Source: Scenedesmus sp. PABB004 (taxonomy: Eukaryota). From it: 64,000 nt of DNA. Both the position numbers and the translations under genes were made by a program. This document shows, piece after piece, positions 37,265 to 52,651 of the stretch; the first letter of the stretch is position 1, and each line of letters begins with the position of its first letter. Location: positions 1 through 64,000 of the forward strand of contig JABVCE010000028.1 of the NCBI GenBank assembly GCA_014905635.1, written 5' to 3'. A model generated the notes under the pieces. It worked only from the letters and a program-made list of their open reading frames with translations. It searched no databases and was not told the DNA's origin.

Positions 37265-38050
37265 TCAGGCCTTGTCGGGCATGGTGCTGGTGCCCTCGGG
37301 CACGCCGGCCGCGGTGAAGACCTCCTGCGCCTCCGTCTCGTCCCGGCTCGTCGGCACGACGTCCACGGGCGCGCCGTCCTTGGCGGCCGTGCTCACGTCC
37401 TCCGCCGGCCCCGCGCGCAGCTCGGCCACGTCCTCCGCGAGCGGCACGTCTGGCGGCGGCGGTCGGCGTGGGCGCAGCGCAGAGTCCTCTCGGCGCGCGC
37501 GCGCCCGCGTGCACGCACGTGCGCGCGCCGCACCCCGCCCCCGCGCCCCCCGCGCGCACCCGTGGCGGGCTGCTCCGCGGCGGCCGCGTCGGCGGCGCGG
37601 CCCTCCGCGGCAGACACGGTGAAGTCTGGGTCGGCCGCCTTGTCGTCGGGCGCGGCGCCCGCGTCGACCTCCTGGTCCACGCCCACGTCGCCAAATCCCG
37701 CGTCGGCCGCGGCGTAGTAGGCGTCGGTGTTGTACGCGCCCTCCTTCTTCAGCGGCGCGCCGCGCTCCTGCGCGCGAGTCTGCGGCCGGCGCGGCGCGGC
37801 CGCGAGCGAGCCCCGGGGGGCCGTCAGGAGCGCGGCTGCCGCGCCAGGCAGCGCGTCACAGCAGGGGGCTGAAGCCGATCCCCCCTGGCACTGCGCCCGC
37901 AGCGCGAGCGAGCCTCGCGCGGCCGGGCGGCTGCGCGGCGCGGCGTTGGCGGCGGCGCGCGCCGGCAGCGGCGCTGGTGGCGGCGGGGGCTGGAGGGTGC
38001 AGCGCGCGCCGCTGCAGCGCGCTGGCGGCGCGCCGACGCGCCTCGACCAT
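37265..38050 (-). CDS. Small acidic hydrophilic hypothetical protein (3 exons)
   Basis: MVE|TRAQERGAPLKKEGAYNTDAYY...|DVPLAEDVAEL...MPDKA*, all junctions in frame. Confidence 0.6.
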
Positions 38051-38371
38051 GTTGACGTCGGCGGCGCGGCGGCTGCTAGCGGTGGCGTGGGCGCGAGGGA
38101 GGGGGCCGTGGCGCGCTGGCGAGCGTGATGTGCGTGGGCGGAGGGGCGCTCGAACGCCCAGCTGCTCGGGCGGCCGCCGCGGGCGACGCGTGACGCGTTT
38201 GTGGCGGGCGCGTCCAATCGATCGAACGCCGCTTGCTGCCCATCACGCGGCTCCGGATGCGCATTGGAATGGTCTGCAGCCCGCGGTGCGGCCGGGCCGT
38301 GCGGCCGCCGCGGCGCCTCGAGCGCAGCGCTCGCGCGGCGCCGATCGACCCTGCGCTTCGCGCTTACATTC

Positions 38372-38743
38372 TTACCGCGGCGCGAGCACAATAAGACTGT
38401 ACGCTAGCAGGCCGACCACGGCGACGAACGCGAGGTTGAGCCCCCACTCGTCGCCGAAGAGCGCGAAAGGATGGACGGCCGCCTGGAGCGCGCCCGCCGC
38501 CGCGCCGCCGATCTGCGCCACCGCGTCTTGCGCGGCCGCGAGGTCTGCTGCATCCAGCTGCGCCAGCGCGTCCGCCGCCGCCGCCGGCAGCGCGTCCAGC
38601 GCCGGCGCCGCCGCCGCCCCCGCCGCGACGCGCCCACGCGGCCTGCTGCTGCTGCTGCTGCTGCTGCGGTGCCACGGCCGGCGTGCGCATGTGCGTCGCG
38701 GCAGCGCGACCGCGCGGGCGCTGGGGCAGGCGGCGGTCTGCAT
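38372..38743 (-). CDS. Small putative plastid single-pass membrane protein
   Basis: Arg/Ser/Ala-rich transit-like N-terminus; C-terminal TM LNLAFVAVVGLLAYSLIVLA; TGTAA just after the stop. Confidence 0.65.
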   Translation of the reverse strand: MQTAACPSARAVALPRRTCARRPWHRSSSSSSSRPRGRVAAGAAAAPALDALPAAAADALAQLDAADLAAAQDAVAQIGGAAAGALQAAVHPFALFGDEWGLNLAFVAVVGLLAYSLIVLAPR

Positions 38744-38916
38744 TGCGCGGGCGCGGGTCCGCTGCTGTGGTCCGGGGCTGCCGCGCGCGCGCTGCTCCTC
38801 CGCCCGGTGCAGGCGCGGCGCTCACAGTGCAGGGCACTAGCAGCAGCAGCAGCAGCAGCAGCGGCTGAGGGTCACAACCGCCGCCCGGCGCGCGCGGCCG
38901 CCGCAGAACCGCGCTG

Positions 38917-42324
<3,408 letters not shown>

Positions 42325-42779
42325 CGCGGGCGGGCGCCGGCCGGGCGATCAGGGGCCGGGCGAGGCGCGCCGCAGGGCCGCGAGCGCACGCGCCGGCGCT
42401 GCCCCGCCGCTGCGCTCGCGGGCTGGGCGCGCGCGGCTGGCGACCCAGGAGAGCTGATGCCCAGGACAGGTCGGCGCTGAGCGCTGCGACGACGGACTGC
42501 TCGCTCGGCTCGAGCAGCGGCAGAGGTTGCGCTGCAACCGCTGCTGTCGCGGGCGCGGCGCGGCGTCGGTGCGGCGGTGTGTGCCCTTGCCACGCCGCCG
42601 CAGCGGCGGCGGCGAGCGACGGCGCGCGGCGGCGGTGCAGCCCGGGCCCTGCGCCCTGCCCGTTCACGCCGGCCGCAGACCCCCTGAACCTGGCCTGCCT
42701 GCCTGCCCTGCCTGCAGCCTGTCTGCCTGCCACACCGAGATAAAACTCACAAAGCTGAACACGCCGCCGCCGCCACGCC

Positions 42780-44845
42780 TCACGGCCAGCCCGCCAGCGC
42801 CGCGAGCGCCGCGGCGTCGTCGGCGTCAAGGAACGTCGCCCCCGCCAGCAGCGCCGCGTCGACGCCCGGCGGCGCGCTGACGCCCCCGCCGAGCGGCGGC
42901 TCAGGCGCGGCGCTGACCGCCGCGGGCGCGGGCGCCGGCGCCGGGCCGCCCTCCCCGTCGCCGCCGCCGGCCTCGCCCTCGCCGCCGCCCTCGCCCGCGC
43001 CCTCGCCGCCGCGCTCGCCCGCCAGCGGCGGCGTGCCGGGCGCCGGCGGCGCGCGCGGCGCGCCGTGCGGGCGGCCCAGCGTGGCCCAGGGCGCGCCAGC
43101 CGCGCTCCAGCGCGCCGCGACCAGCGGCGCGGCGCCGGCGTCCATGACCCAGCGCAGCGCGACCGCCTCGAGCGCGACGCCGTGCTTGTCGGCGATCGCC
43201 CGCAGCACCGCGAGCAGCGCCTGCAGGCGCGCCCAGCCGCCGTACCGCCGCACGAGCGCCAGCCCCGCGGGCAGGTTGTCGGGCCCCAGCGCGGCGCCGC
43301 CGCCGGCCAGCGGCGCGCCCGCCGCGGGGTCAGGCTGCGCCGCGCCCAGCCAGGCCTCCGCGATCAGGCCGTGCGCGAGGGCGCCCTCGGCAAACACCGT
43401 CACGCCGTGCGCCGCGGCGAGGCGCAGCAGGGGCGCGGCGGTGGTGTCGAGAATGCTGAACCCTACGCTCACGGCCGACAGCGGCACGCCGCCGCGCAGT
43501 GCGGCCTCCACCGCCGCGTGCGGCGCGCCGACCAGCCCCACCGCCGCGACGCGCCGCCCCTCGGCCAGCAGCCGGCCGCCGTCGGGGCCGGGCTCGTAGC
43601 GGTCCTGCGCGAGGCGGGCCAGCGCGCGCAGCGCGGGCAGGCAGTCGCCGTCCTGCAAGGCACGCGGCGCGGCGGGGACGGGGTGACAAGGGACGAGGGC
43701 CGGCGGCGGCGCTGGCGGCAGGAGGGCGGGGCACGGCGCGGCGCGCGCGCCTGGTCGCCGAGCCAGTGCAGCTGCACCAGGTCCAGCGGCGCGCCCGCCG
43801 CGGCGGCCTCGGCGCCCAGCAGCGCCGCGCGCGCGCGCTCCACCGCGCCCTCCACCGCGTCCGCGACCGCCTCGGGCGGGTCGCCGCTGAAGTCGCTGGC
43901 CGTGATGCGCGTGAACACGCTCAGCCGCCCGGGGCCGCGCTCGGCCTCGTACCTGCGGCGAGAGCGGGCGCGCGTGGCTCGGCGCAGCCCAGCGGCCCGC
44001 GTTCGGGCTGCGCGAGCGCCCGCTGCGGCGCGCCGGCGCGCGCCGGCGTCCTGCCGCCCTCCCCACCAGCACGCGGGGGTCACCTTCGCTTGAAGGCCCC
44101 CAGCAGCCGCTCCGCGCCGCCGTGCCACGCCGCGGCCGGGCCGCCCTGCGCCAGCAGCTCCGCCAGGGGCGAGGCGCCCGGGCGGGTCGGCGGGAAGCCG
44201 CCGCCGCCTGCGTCAAAGCTGGTGCAGCCCGCGTCGGCGAGCGCAAAGAGCGCGCACATCCAGGGCGTAAGGGCGAGCGGGTCCTGCGCAAAGCTGGCCT
44301 GCAGCTCCGCCAGCGCCACCTGGGCCTCCACCAGCTCCGCCTGCGCGGCCTCCAGCTCCTGCGGGCGGCGACGGTGGTCATGACGTGGTGCTGGATCCGG
44401 CACAGTCACTCCATGGAGTGACTGACCGGCCGCGACCGTCCGCGGTGCAGGCTGATCGACCAGCCTGCGCGGCCCGATATCGGGCCGCGCGCGGCCGCCG
44501 CACCTCGGGCTTCTTCTCCCGCTCCAGCTGCTTCACGCGGCCGGCGAGCTCGTTCCAGCGCCGCATCGCCGTCGACGCGCTCAGGCGGCGGGGGAGCTCG
44601 TTGTACAAGGGCGACGCGGGGTCAAACGCCGGCGGCGCAGCGGGCGAGCCGGTGCCACCGGAGCTCGCGGCAGTCCAGCTCTCGGCCAGCAGGGCCTGCG
44701 GGCGACCGGGTGTTCACGGTTTGGCGTGGTGCGCCCTGCACCGCGGTGCAGCAGTTGCTCGCGCCTTGGCGTCCGCCGCCGCCAGGCTGACCACCACCGG
44801 CGCGAGCGAGACTGCCGGCGCAAGAGAGAACCCCGCGAGCTCCAT
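42780..44845 (-). CDS. Aldo-keto reductase-like protein with N-terminal coiled coil
   Basis: GCTSFDAG, AERLLGAF, LDLVQLHW, FSILD, GALAHGLIAEAWLG, RRYGGWARLQALL, IADKHGV..VALRWV. Confidence 0.75.
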
Positions 44846-45257
44846 CGTGCAGGAGGCAGCGCGCGGGTGCCGCGGCGCGGAGCAGCGGCAGGTCAACGGC
44901 GGGGCGCAGCCGCGTGCCTGCCTGCGCGAGCGCCTGCCTGCGCGAGCTTCCCGTCCCCGCCCTTTGCCCTTGAAAGTGGAGCGGCCTGGGGAGCGGAGAG
45001 CGGAGAGCGGGGCGGGGAGCGGGCAGCGGCGACGGGCTGAACCGCTCGGCGGCGCGAACTCGACAGACAGGTCACAGCAGCAGCGTGCGTTCGCAGCACG
45101 GGTGCTTGGGACTGCTGCTGCACCGCGACCGCGACCACAACCAACAGCGGCATGCAAACACAGACGGGTCAGCGTCGTTGTCGTCGTGCGCGCGCCGCGG
45201 CCTCCCCGGGGTTGGAGCTGCGCAGCCGCCACGCCCCGCCGCGTGCGTGCACGTGAG

Positions 45258-45303
45258 CCCTACGCTAGCGTCGTCGTACGCCCTACGCTAGCGTCGTCGT
45301 ACG
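45258..45303. repeat. Perfect 23-bp tandem duplication
   Basis: ccctacgctagcgtcgtcgtacg x2. Confidence 0.85.
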
Positions 45304-46525
45304 CCGCCCGTGCACGCAATCGCCACGTGCGCTGCTGCTGCTGCTGCTGCGTCAAGGGCGCCGCCGCCGCGCCCGCCGGCTGCAAAGATGGCAGCCCGCG
45401 TGTGGCGGCGCGGGGGTCAACAACTCTCGCACCAGCGCCAGGTGGGCTGACGCCTGGGCGCGCTGCCGCGAGCGGCGCCGTTCTGCCCGACCGCCCAGGC
45501 GCAGCCGCAGCGCCACGCCGTGTGCAGGCCGCGCGCTCGCCGGCACGACGAGGGCCGCCGCCCGCCGCGGCGCCAGGGGCTGGGAACATTCACCGGGCCC
45601 CCGCGCTGCGCGCGGCGGGCGCGCGCGCCTCGCGCCGTCTGCACCTGCCGGCGCCCATGAGTGGTCCGGCGCATCAAATGCAGCGGCGGCGCCGCCCTGC
45701 ACCTGCTCTGCATGCCTGGCTGCTGCGCGCCGGCCGGCGCTGTGCAGGGGCGGCGGGGCGGCGGCGCCCCGCGCCTGCCGGCCGGCGCGCCAAACGGCAC
45801 CACACGCAACCCTAGCCTACCCTGCCCTGCCCGACACGCAGCGCAGCAGGCAGCACATGTGCACAGGGCCGCCGCCTCTCCTCCCTGCCCGCCCGCCTGC
45901 CCTGCCTCGTGCCGCGCCCTGCCGCGCGCAGCGCCCGATGAAATCGGCCCTCCCCGCCCGCCGCCCGGCCCGCGTGTGCCCTGCGTCGAGTGCCGCGCTG
46001 CTGCTGCTGCCGCCTGGGCGCATGAATGGACCGCCCGGTGTGTCACGCCGCGGCAAGTGAGTGATGATGACCCTGCCTCGCAAGCTAGGCCGCCCCCCGC
46101 CCCGCCTGGCCTGCTACCTCTGCTCATCCTGCACCAACGCCGCTGCCTGGGGAGGCGCTGCCCCGCGCGCCGCCCGGGCCACGCCGCGGGCGAGCGCTGC
46201 AGGCGGCAGCGCGCCGCGCCGCGCCGCGCCGGCCGGCTGCGCCTGCAGCCGGCGGCGGCGGGCGCTGCCCCGGCGCGCGCGCGCCTCCCGAGCGGCTGCG
46301 CGGGAGGCGCGCGGGCCCGACGCCCACGGGCGCCACCCGTGGGCCCGCGCAGGCGTGCATGCTGCTGCGCCGCCTGTCATGCGTGGGGCCGGCGCGTTTT
46401 TGTTGTTTTTCGAACAAGCTTCTTCGAATGCAGTGCTGACTGCTTGTCCGCGGCCGGCCGCCGCTCCAGCTGCTGCTGCTGCCGCTCGCTCCCCGGCCGC
46501 CCCTGCGTGCTGCTGGCGCCGGTGC

Positions 46526-49500
46526 TCAGCCAACGTTAAACATGAGCTCCCGTGCGACTGCGGTGCGTGGCGCGGGGGGCACGGGCGGCTGAGCGCAGCG
46601 CGGCGCGGCGCCGGCGCGCTGCTGCGGGCGCGCCCGCACTGCGTGGCTGCGGCCGCCGCTCGCTCACCCGAGCTGCTCAGGCCGCCGCCGCCGCTGCCGC
46701 CGAGGTCGAACGGGTGCGCCCCCGCCGCGACGGCGTCGCCGCCGGGGTCGCTGCCCATGCTGCCCAGGGGCGCGGGGCCGGCGCCGGGCAGGGCCGGCAG
46801 GCTCATGCTGCTGAGGCCGTCGGCCACGGCCGCGAGCTCGCTGCCCGACACGCTGCCCGCGCCGCCGAGCGGCGTGGCGGCGGGGCTCGGCCCGCGGCTG
46901 CCGCCGAGCGCGGGGCCCGGCGTCGCCGCGCCCGGCGGCAGGCCGCCGCCGGTGCTGCTCGGCCCGCTTCCGGGCGCGCCGCCGCCGCCGGGGGCGCCCG
47001 GCCCCGCCGGCGGCGGGCCGCTGCCGACCGCGCCGAGCGCGCTGCCGCTGCTGTGCGCCGACGCGAGCGGGCCGCTGCCCGCGCGCGCGAGCGCGCCCAG
47101 CTGCCCCGCGCTCGGCGTGCGCAGGCTGCCGCGGCTCGAGCTGCTGCGCAGCAGCCCGCCGCCCGGGCCGGCGCCGCCGGGCGCGCTCCCGCTCCCGCTG
47201 CCGCCGCTGCCGCCGCCGCCGCCGCCGCCGGTCATGATCTCCGCGTACATGACCTTCAGCCGGTACCCGCTGCCCAGGGGGAACTCAATGCCGTTGAGCT
47301 CCGCGACGGCCGCGGCCGCGGCGGCGGGGGTGGAATAGTTGACGTAGCAGTAGCCCTTGCTCTTGCCGGTCGCCTTGTCGCGCTTGAGGTCGCAGTACTC
47401 CATGCCCGGGTAGGCCCGGAACAGCAGGCGCAGCGCCTCGTCGCCGACGCTCTTGTGCACGACCACAAACAGGCGCTGGCTGCTCAGCGGCGGCCCGCCC
47501 GGGCCGCCGAGGCCGTCGGCGCCGCCGAGGCCGGCCGCCTGCTGCTGCGCGGCCGCGGCGGCGGCCGCCGCGGCGGCCATGTGCCCCGCCACGAGCGCGC
47601 TGCCGGGGTGCCCCCCGGGCTGAGGCCCATGAAGGGCGCGAGCGGGAAGTTGACCGCCGTCACGCTGCTGCTGCCGCTGCCCATGCTGCTCGTGTGCCCC
47701 GGCGACGACTGGAACTGCGCGCCCGCGCCCGCGGCCGCCGCGGCCGCCGCGGCCGCCTGCTGCCCGAGCGCCGCCATGCCGCCGTGCCCCGGGTCGGCCT
47801 GCATGTGCTGCATCAGGCCGGGCCCGAGCCCAAACCCGAGCCCGCCAAAGCCCTCCATGCCGCCCGCCGCCGCGGCGGCCGCAGCCGCGGCCGCGGCCAG
47901 GCCCGACGCGTTGTTGAACCCCACAAAGCCCTGCAGCGCCGCGTAGTCGCCGCCCAGCGCCGCCTGCTGCGCCGCGAGCACGCTGCTCGCCGCCGCGCCC
48001 AGGCCAAACGCGCCGTAGCCGCCAGCGCCGCCGGGCAGCCCGCGCATGGCGCCTGCGGGGGCGCGGCCGCGGGGCGGGGGCGCGCGTGAGTGCGCTGCTC
48101 GCTCGTTCCCGCCGCCCGCTGCCGCCGCCGCTCGCTGCTGCCGCTCGCTGCCGCTCGCTGCCTGCGGCGCGGGCGCGCGCGCGGGGCGCTCACTCGCTGC
48201 GTCGAGGCCCAGCGGCGGGAGGTGGCCGAGCGGGCCGCCGGGGCCAAACAGGCCCATCGCGGCGCTGAGCTCGGGGCGCTGGCGCTTGGTCTTGGGCTCC
48301 GCGAGCATGACCTTGACCTTGTACGACCCGACCTGGCGACGCGCGGCGCGGAGCGCGTGGGCGCACGTCGGCGCGGCCCGCTGCTGGCTGTGCCCCGCGC
48401 TGTGCCCCGCGCCGCGCTGCACGCCGCGCCGCGCCGCACCGTGCCCTTGGCCGCGATCTCCTCGAGCGCCGCGAGCGCGGAGGAGGCCTTGGCGTACTTG
48501 ACAAACACCACGCCCTTGGAGGCGATGAGGTCGGTCTTGCAGTACTCGAGGTCGGGGTAGCGCCCCAGCTCGTCCTGCGAGACGGGCGCAGCAGCGTGAG
48601 CGCCGCCGCGTGAGCGCTGCCTGGCGCGCGCCACGCGCACGCTGCCCGCCGCGCGCCGCGCGCGCCGCTCACGAGGATGACGCGCGCCTCCGCGGTCTTG
48701 GGCACGACCAGGAACAGCCGGCTGCGGGGCGGGACGTTGTCCGGGTCCGCCGGCGCGGCGTCCTCCGGCAGCAGCAGCTTCGGCGACGCCTGCGCGCCCC
48801 TGCGCCGCGGCGAGCGCGGCCGGGCGGCGCCGCGTCGGCCGCGCCGCGCGGGGGCGCCCGCCGCGGCGGCGCCGGGCAGCTGGGGCAGCTCCGCGCCGCG
48901 TGCCAGGGGCGGCGCGGGCGCGCGCTGCGCGCCGCGCCGCGCGCCGCCGCGCCGCCCGGGGGCGGCGCGCGCGCCGCCGGCAGCTGCCACGGCGCCGGGT
49001 GGAGCCGTGGCGCGCCCGAGCGCGCGCCCGCGGCCGCCGCGGCGCGCGCAGGGGCGCGTGCGGGGGCTGCCTCGCCACGCGCCGGCCTGGCCCGCGCCGG
49101 GGGGCCCCGCCGCGCCCCGCCGCGGCGCGCCGGGCGTGGCGGGGACGCCGACGCAGCTGCTGGGTGCCGCGCGCCGGCCATCCGGGGCGCGGCCGCGGCG
49201 TGGCGGGCGCCGCCGTGCGCGCACCTGGGCGTGGGGGCCTCCGCGAGCAGCACCTTGAGCTTGGGGCCGCGCCCGTTGTTCAGGACGGCGCCGTTGAGGG
49301 CCTCCATCGCCAGCGCCGCGCTGCTGGCCTTGTCGAACTTGACGTAGGCCACTGCGGCCGGCGATCGCGGGCGGGTGGGCGCCCGGCCACAGCGGCCCGC
49401 CCGCGGGCCGACCCGCCCCACGCGGCCGCCCAGGGGGGCGTCAGGGTCGGCGTCACCGCCAAGGCGCGGGGATTGGGCGCCCCGGCGCCCCAGGCGCGCG

Positions 49501-49937
49501 CGGTGACCGCGCGAGCGCCGCGCCCGCCAGATCGTGCAGCCCGGGCGGCGCGCCGCGGGGGCGCGAGGCGCCCGGGCGGTGCCCACTCCGCCGACGGCGC
49601 GGTCGGGCCGACCGCGCCGGTGCGCGGGGCGCGCAGGGGCGCGCAGGGGCGCGGCGCGTGCACGCGGTGACTGCTGCGGCCCCACGCGCGCGGCGCGGCG
49701 CCGGAACTCACCGCCCTTGTCCTTGATCAGTTTGACCTGCTGCACATTGCCATAGGGCGCGAAGGCGCCCGACAGGACGCCCTCCTGCGGCGGGGAGCAC
49801 GCCATCAGCTGCTGCTCTGCCCCCTGGCGGCGCGGCCCGCGGCCCTGCGCGCCCGCCGCCGGCCTCACCTCCACCGCCCGACCGCACACCACGAAGAGGC
49901 GGCTGCCGGGGGGCGATTCGCTGCTGTCCTGCTGCAT
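46526..49937 (-). CDS. Multi-RRM RNA-binding protein, RBM45-like
   Basis: PPGSRLFVVCG, KDKGVAYVKFDKASSAALAMEALNG, PPRSRLFLVVPK, QRLFVVVHK..KSKGYCYVNY..YRLKVMYAE; apparent frameshift at 47611-47616. Confidence 0.8.
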
Positions 49938-50820
49938 GGCGCCGCCCGCTCACGCGCAGCGTGCTAGTTGGCGCGTGGCCCTGCTTCCATGGTGCGCGTG
50001 CGGTGCAGCCTGGGACGGTCCGGGCCGCGGGCAGGCGGCGCGGGGCGCGGGCCGCCTCTGAAGGGCACGCCAATGTGCCCCGAACCCTCCCTGCTCCACA
50101 CCACGCGCGAGGTCGCCCCGCCGCGCGCCACACCGCGTTGAACGCATCGCGCAGCCCGCCAGCGCCTGGGCGGCCGGCCGGGCCGCCGGCCACCGCGGGT
50201 GGGGTGGGAGTTGGCCGCGGGCGGTGCGGCGCCGCGCCGCTCGGCGCCCGGCGCGCCGCCGCGCCGGCGGCGCGCGCTGGCTCAGCCGCGCGGCCTCTGC
50301 TGCTGGAAACCCGACGCGCACGCCCACCGCGCGGCCTGCGCTTGTAAAGCGCCACGAGGAGGGCGGCGCCGGCACGCCCGCTGCGCTCGGTGCGCCAGCG
50401 CCGGGTCGGCGCGCTGGCGGCCTGCGCAGCGGTGGCGCCCGCCACAATGCGCAGGACTGCCTGGCCCTTGGGCCGCGGCGCGGCGGCGCGCGGGGGCTGG
50501 CCGGCGCGCGGCGGCGGCGAGGGAGCGCGACGCGCCCGCTGCCCGTTGCGGCTCGCCCACGCCCGCGCGTGTGAAACGTCGAGTTCCGGGCCCGCGCGAG
50601 CACGCGCCGTAGCCTGCGCGCGCGCCGACTCGCCCACCGCCGCCGCGCTGGACCGCGGGAACTGACCGCCCCCGCGCAAGCTGTGGTTGGCCCCTCCCGG
50701 CCGGCCCGCGCGCTGGAGAGCGCCTCCTGCACTCACACGCCCCCCTGGCGCCTCGCAGCGGCGCGCCGCTGCTGCTTCACAGTCTGCGGGCCGCCGCCGC
50801 AGCGCTCGCGCCGCTGCAGG

Positions 50821-51044
50821 ATGCCTGCAGCGATGCCCAGCGGCGCGCCGGAGACGCTGCCTCTGCAGGCGCTGCTGGAGCAGCTGGGCGCTGCTCAGGC
50901 GCGCGGCGCGGCAGGCGGCGCACAGCTCGCGGCCGCCGTCGCGGCGGTGTGGGCGCAGGTGCTGCAGAGCGATGCAAAGGTGCGGCGGCGGCGGCGGCGC
51001 GGCCAGGACCTGCCGCCGACGCGGCCTAGGCGGCCGGCGCGGCC

Positions 51045-51078
<34 letters not shown>

Positions 51079-52576
51079 CCGCCCGCAGCGCGACGAGCTG
51101 CTCAAGCTCGGCGGCGCGCCGCGCCTGCTCGCGGTCGCGGAGGCCGGCGACGCCGACGCAGCGGCCGCGCACGCGGCGGCGGGGTGCCTCGCCGGCCTGG
51201 CGCTGCACCCGCGCTGGCTGGCGGAGCTCACCGGCAGCGGCGCGCTCGTGAGCCGGCTGGCCGCCTGCTGCCTGGCGCTGCTGCGCGGCCGGCACGACCG
51301 CAGCCGGCTGCCCGCGTGCCAGCTGCTGCTCGCGCTCTCGCGGCAGCCGGCGTGCGTGGCGCGGCTCGCGCCGTGCCTGCCCGTGCTGCTGGAGCTGCTC
51401 GCTGGCGGCGCGGGGGGCGGGCCCGGCTGGGCGGGCCGGCGCGAGCTCGCCACGGCCGCGGCGGGTGTGCTCGCGGCTCTCCTCGAGCCGAGCGAGTGGG
51501 AGCCGCAGGAGGCCAGGCAGGTAGATTCGCGCTCGCCGGCGCGGCAGCAGCGGCGGCCGAGGCGCGCGCCGCGCGCTGCGCGCCGCGCGCTGCGCGCCGC
51601 GCGCCGCGCCCGGCGTGACGCACCCGCCGGTGCCGTCCGGTGGGGCCCGCAGGCACGCCGCGCCGCGTGCCTCGCGAGCGGCGTCACGCAGGGGCTGCTC
51701 GCCCAGCTCCCGGGCGCGAGCGGGGCGATGAGGCTTGCGGCCGCCGCCTGCCTTCGCTTCGTCGCCCTCGCGCCGGGCGCCGCCGACGCACTCGCGGGTG
51801 AGGGCGCCGCGCCGCGCACGCCGCCCCCGTGGGCCGAGCCGGCCATGGCTGCTGGCCAGCAGCTGACCGCCGCCGCGCCGCTGGCCAGGCGACCCAGGGG
51901 CTGCGCGGCAGCTGCTGGCGCTGCTGGGCGACGCCGGCGGTGGCCAGCTCGGCGTGCACGCGCTGGTCTCCGGCATGTGCTTCGAGCTGTCGGTCGTGCC
52001 GCGCGCCGCGCAGCAGCTGCTCGCGGCGGGCGCGGTGCCCGCGCTGCTGGCGGTCGTGGTCGAAACCGCGGCCGCCGCCGGAGTGCGGCCCGGCGGCGGC
52101 AAGCGGGCGCGCAAGGGCGCGGCCAAGCAGGGTGCCAAGCCCGCCGCCGGCGCACAGGATTCTGGCGCGAGCGCGGGCGCGGCCGCCGCGGCGGGGCGGC
52201 CCGGCAGGGGGCCGCCGCGTCCGCGGCCGCGCCCGGCTCGCGGCCGGTGCTGGAGCTGCTGCGCGACGCCGGCGCGGCGGCGGGCATCGCGCTGGCCAAC
52301 GCGAGCGGCGCGCTGCACCACCTCTCCTTCCTGGACGGCGCCAAGGCCGAGCTCGGCGCCCACGCCGACGGCCTGTCCGCGCTCGTGGGGCTCCTGGCGG
52401 GGGCGCCCGGCGGCGCGTGCGACAACGCGCGCAGGGTGCTCTGGAACGCGGGGCTGCTGCTCGACAACGGGGCGGCCCTCGCGCGCGCGGGCGCGCCGCG
52501 CCACATCGCGCAGCCCGTGCCGCCGCGGTGGGCGTGCGCGGCGGTGGGGCCGACTCAGCCTGAGTGCGGGAGCTGA
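50821..52576 (+). CDS. Armadillo-repeat protein
   Basis: Helical repeats LLKLGGAPRLL, LLAAGAVPALL, NASGALHHLS, LSALVGLL..DNARRVLWN; apparent frameshift at 52207-52211; 3' end uncertain. Confidence 0.65.
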
Positions 52577-52651
52577 CAACTTTGTCATCCCGCGGCACCC
52601 TGGGGCCGGCTGAGTGCGGGAGCTGACAGTTTTGTCCGCCCGCGGCACCCT
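52560..52651. repeat. 50-bp-period direct repeat, each copy a hairpin
   Basis: ctgagtgcgggagctgaca..tttgtc..cccgcggcaccct twice. Confidence 0.8.

Noticed and set aside
46058..46070. GTGATGATGA as the C box of a second snoRNA
   Set aside because: No CTGA D box or terminal stem at a suitable distance
52560..52651. Hairpins near TGA codons as a possible SECIS or selenoprotein signal
   Set aside because: No AUGA/GA quartet with an apical AA loop, and no redox motif in the ARM protein
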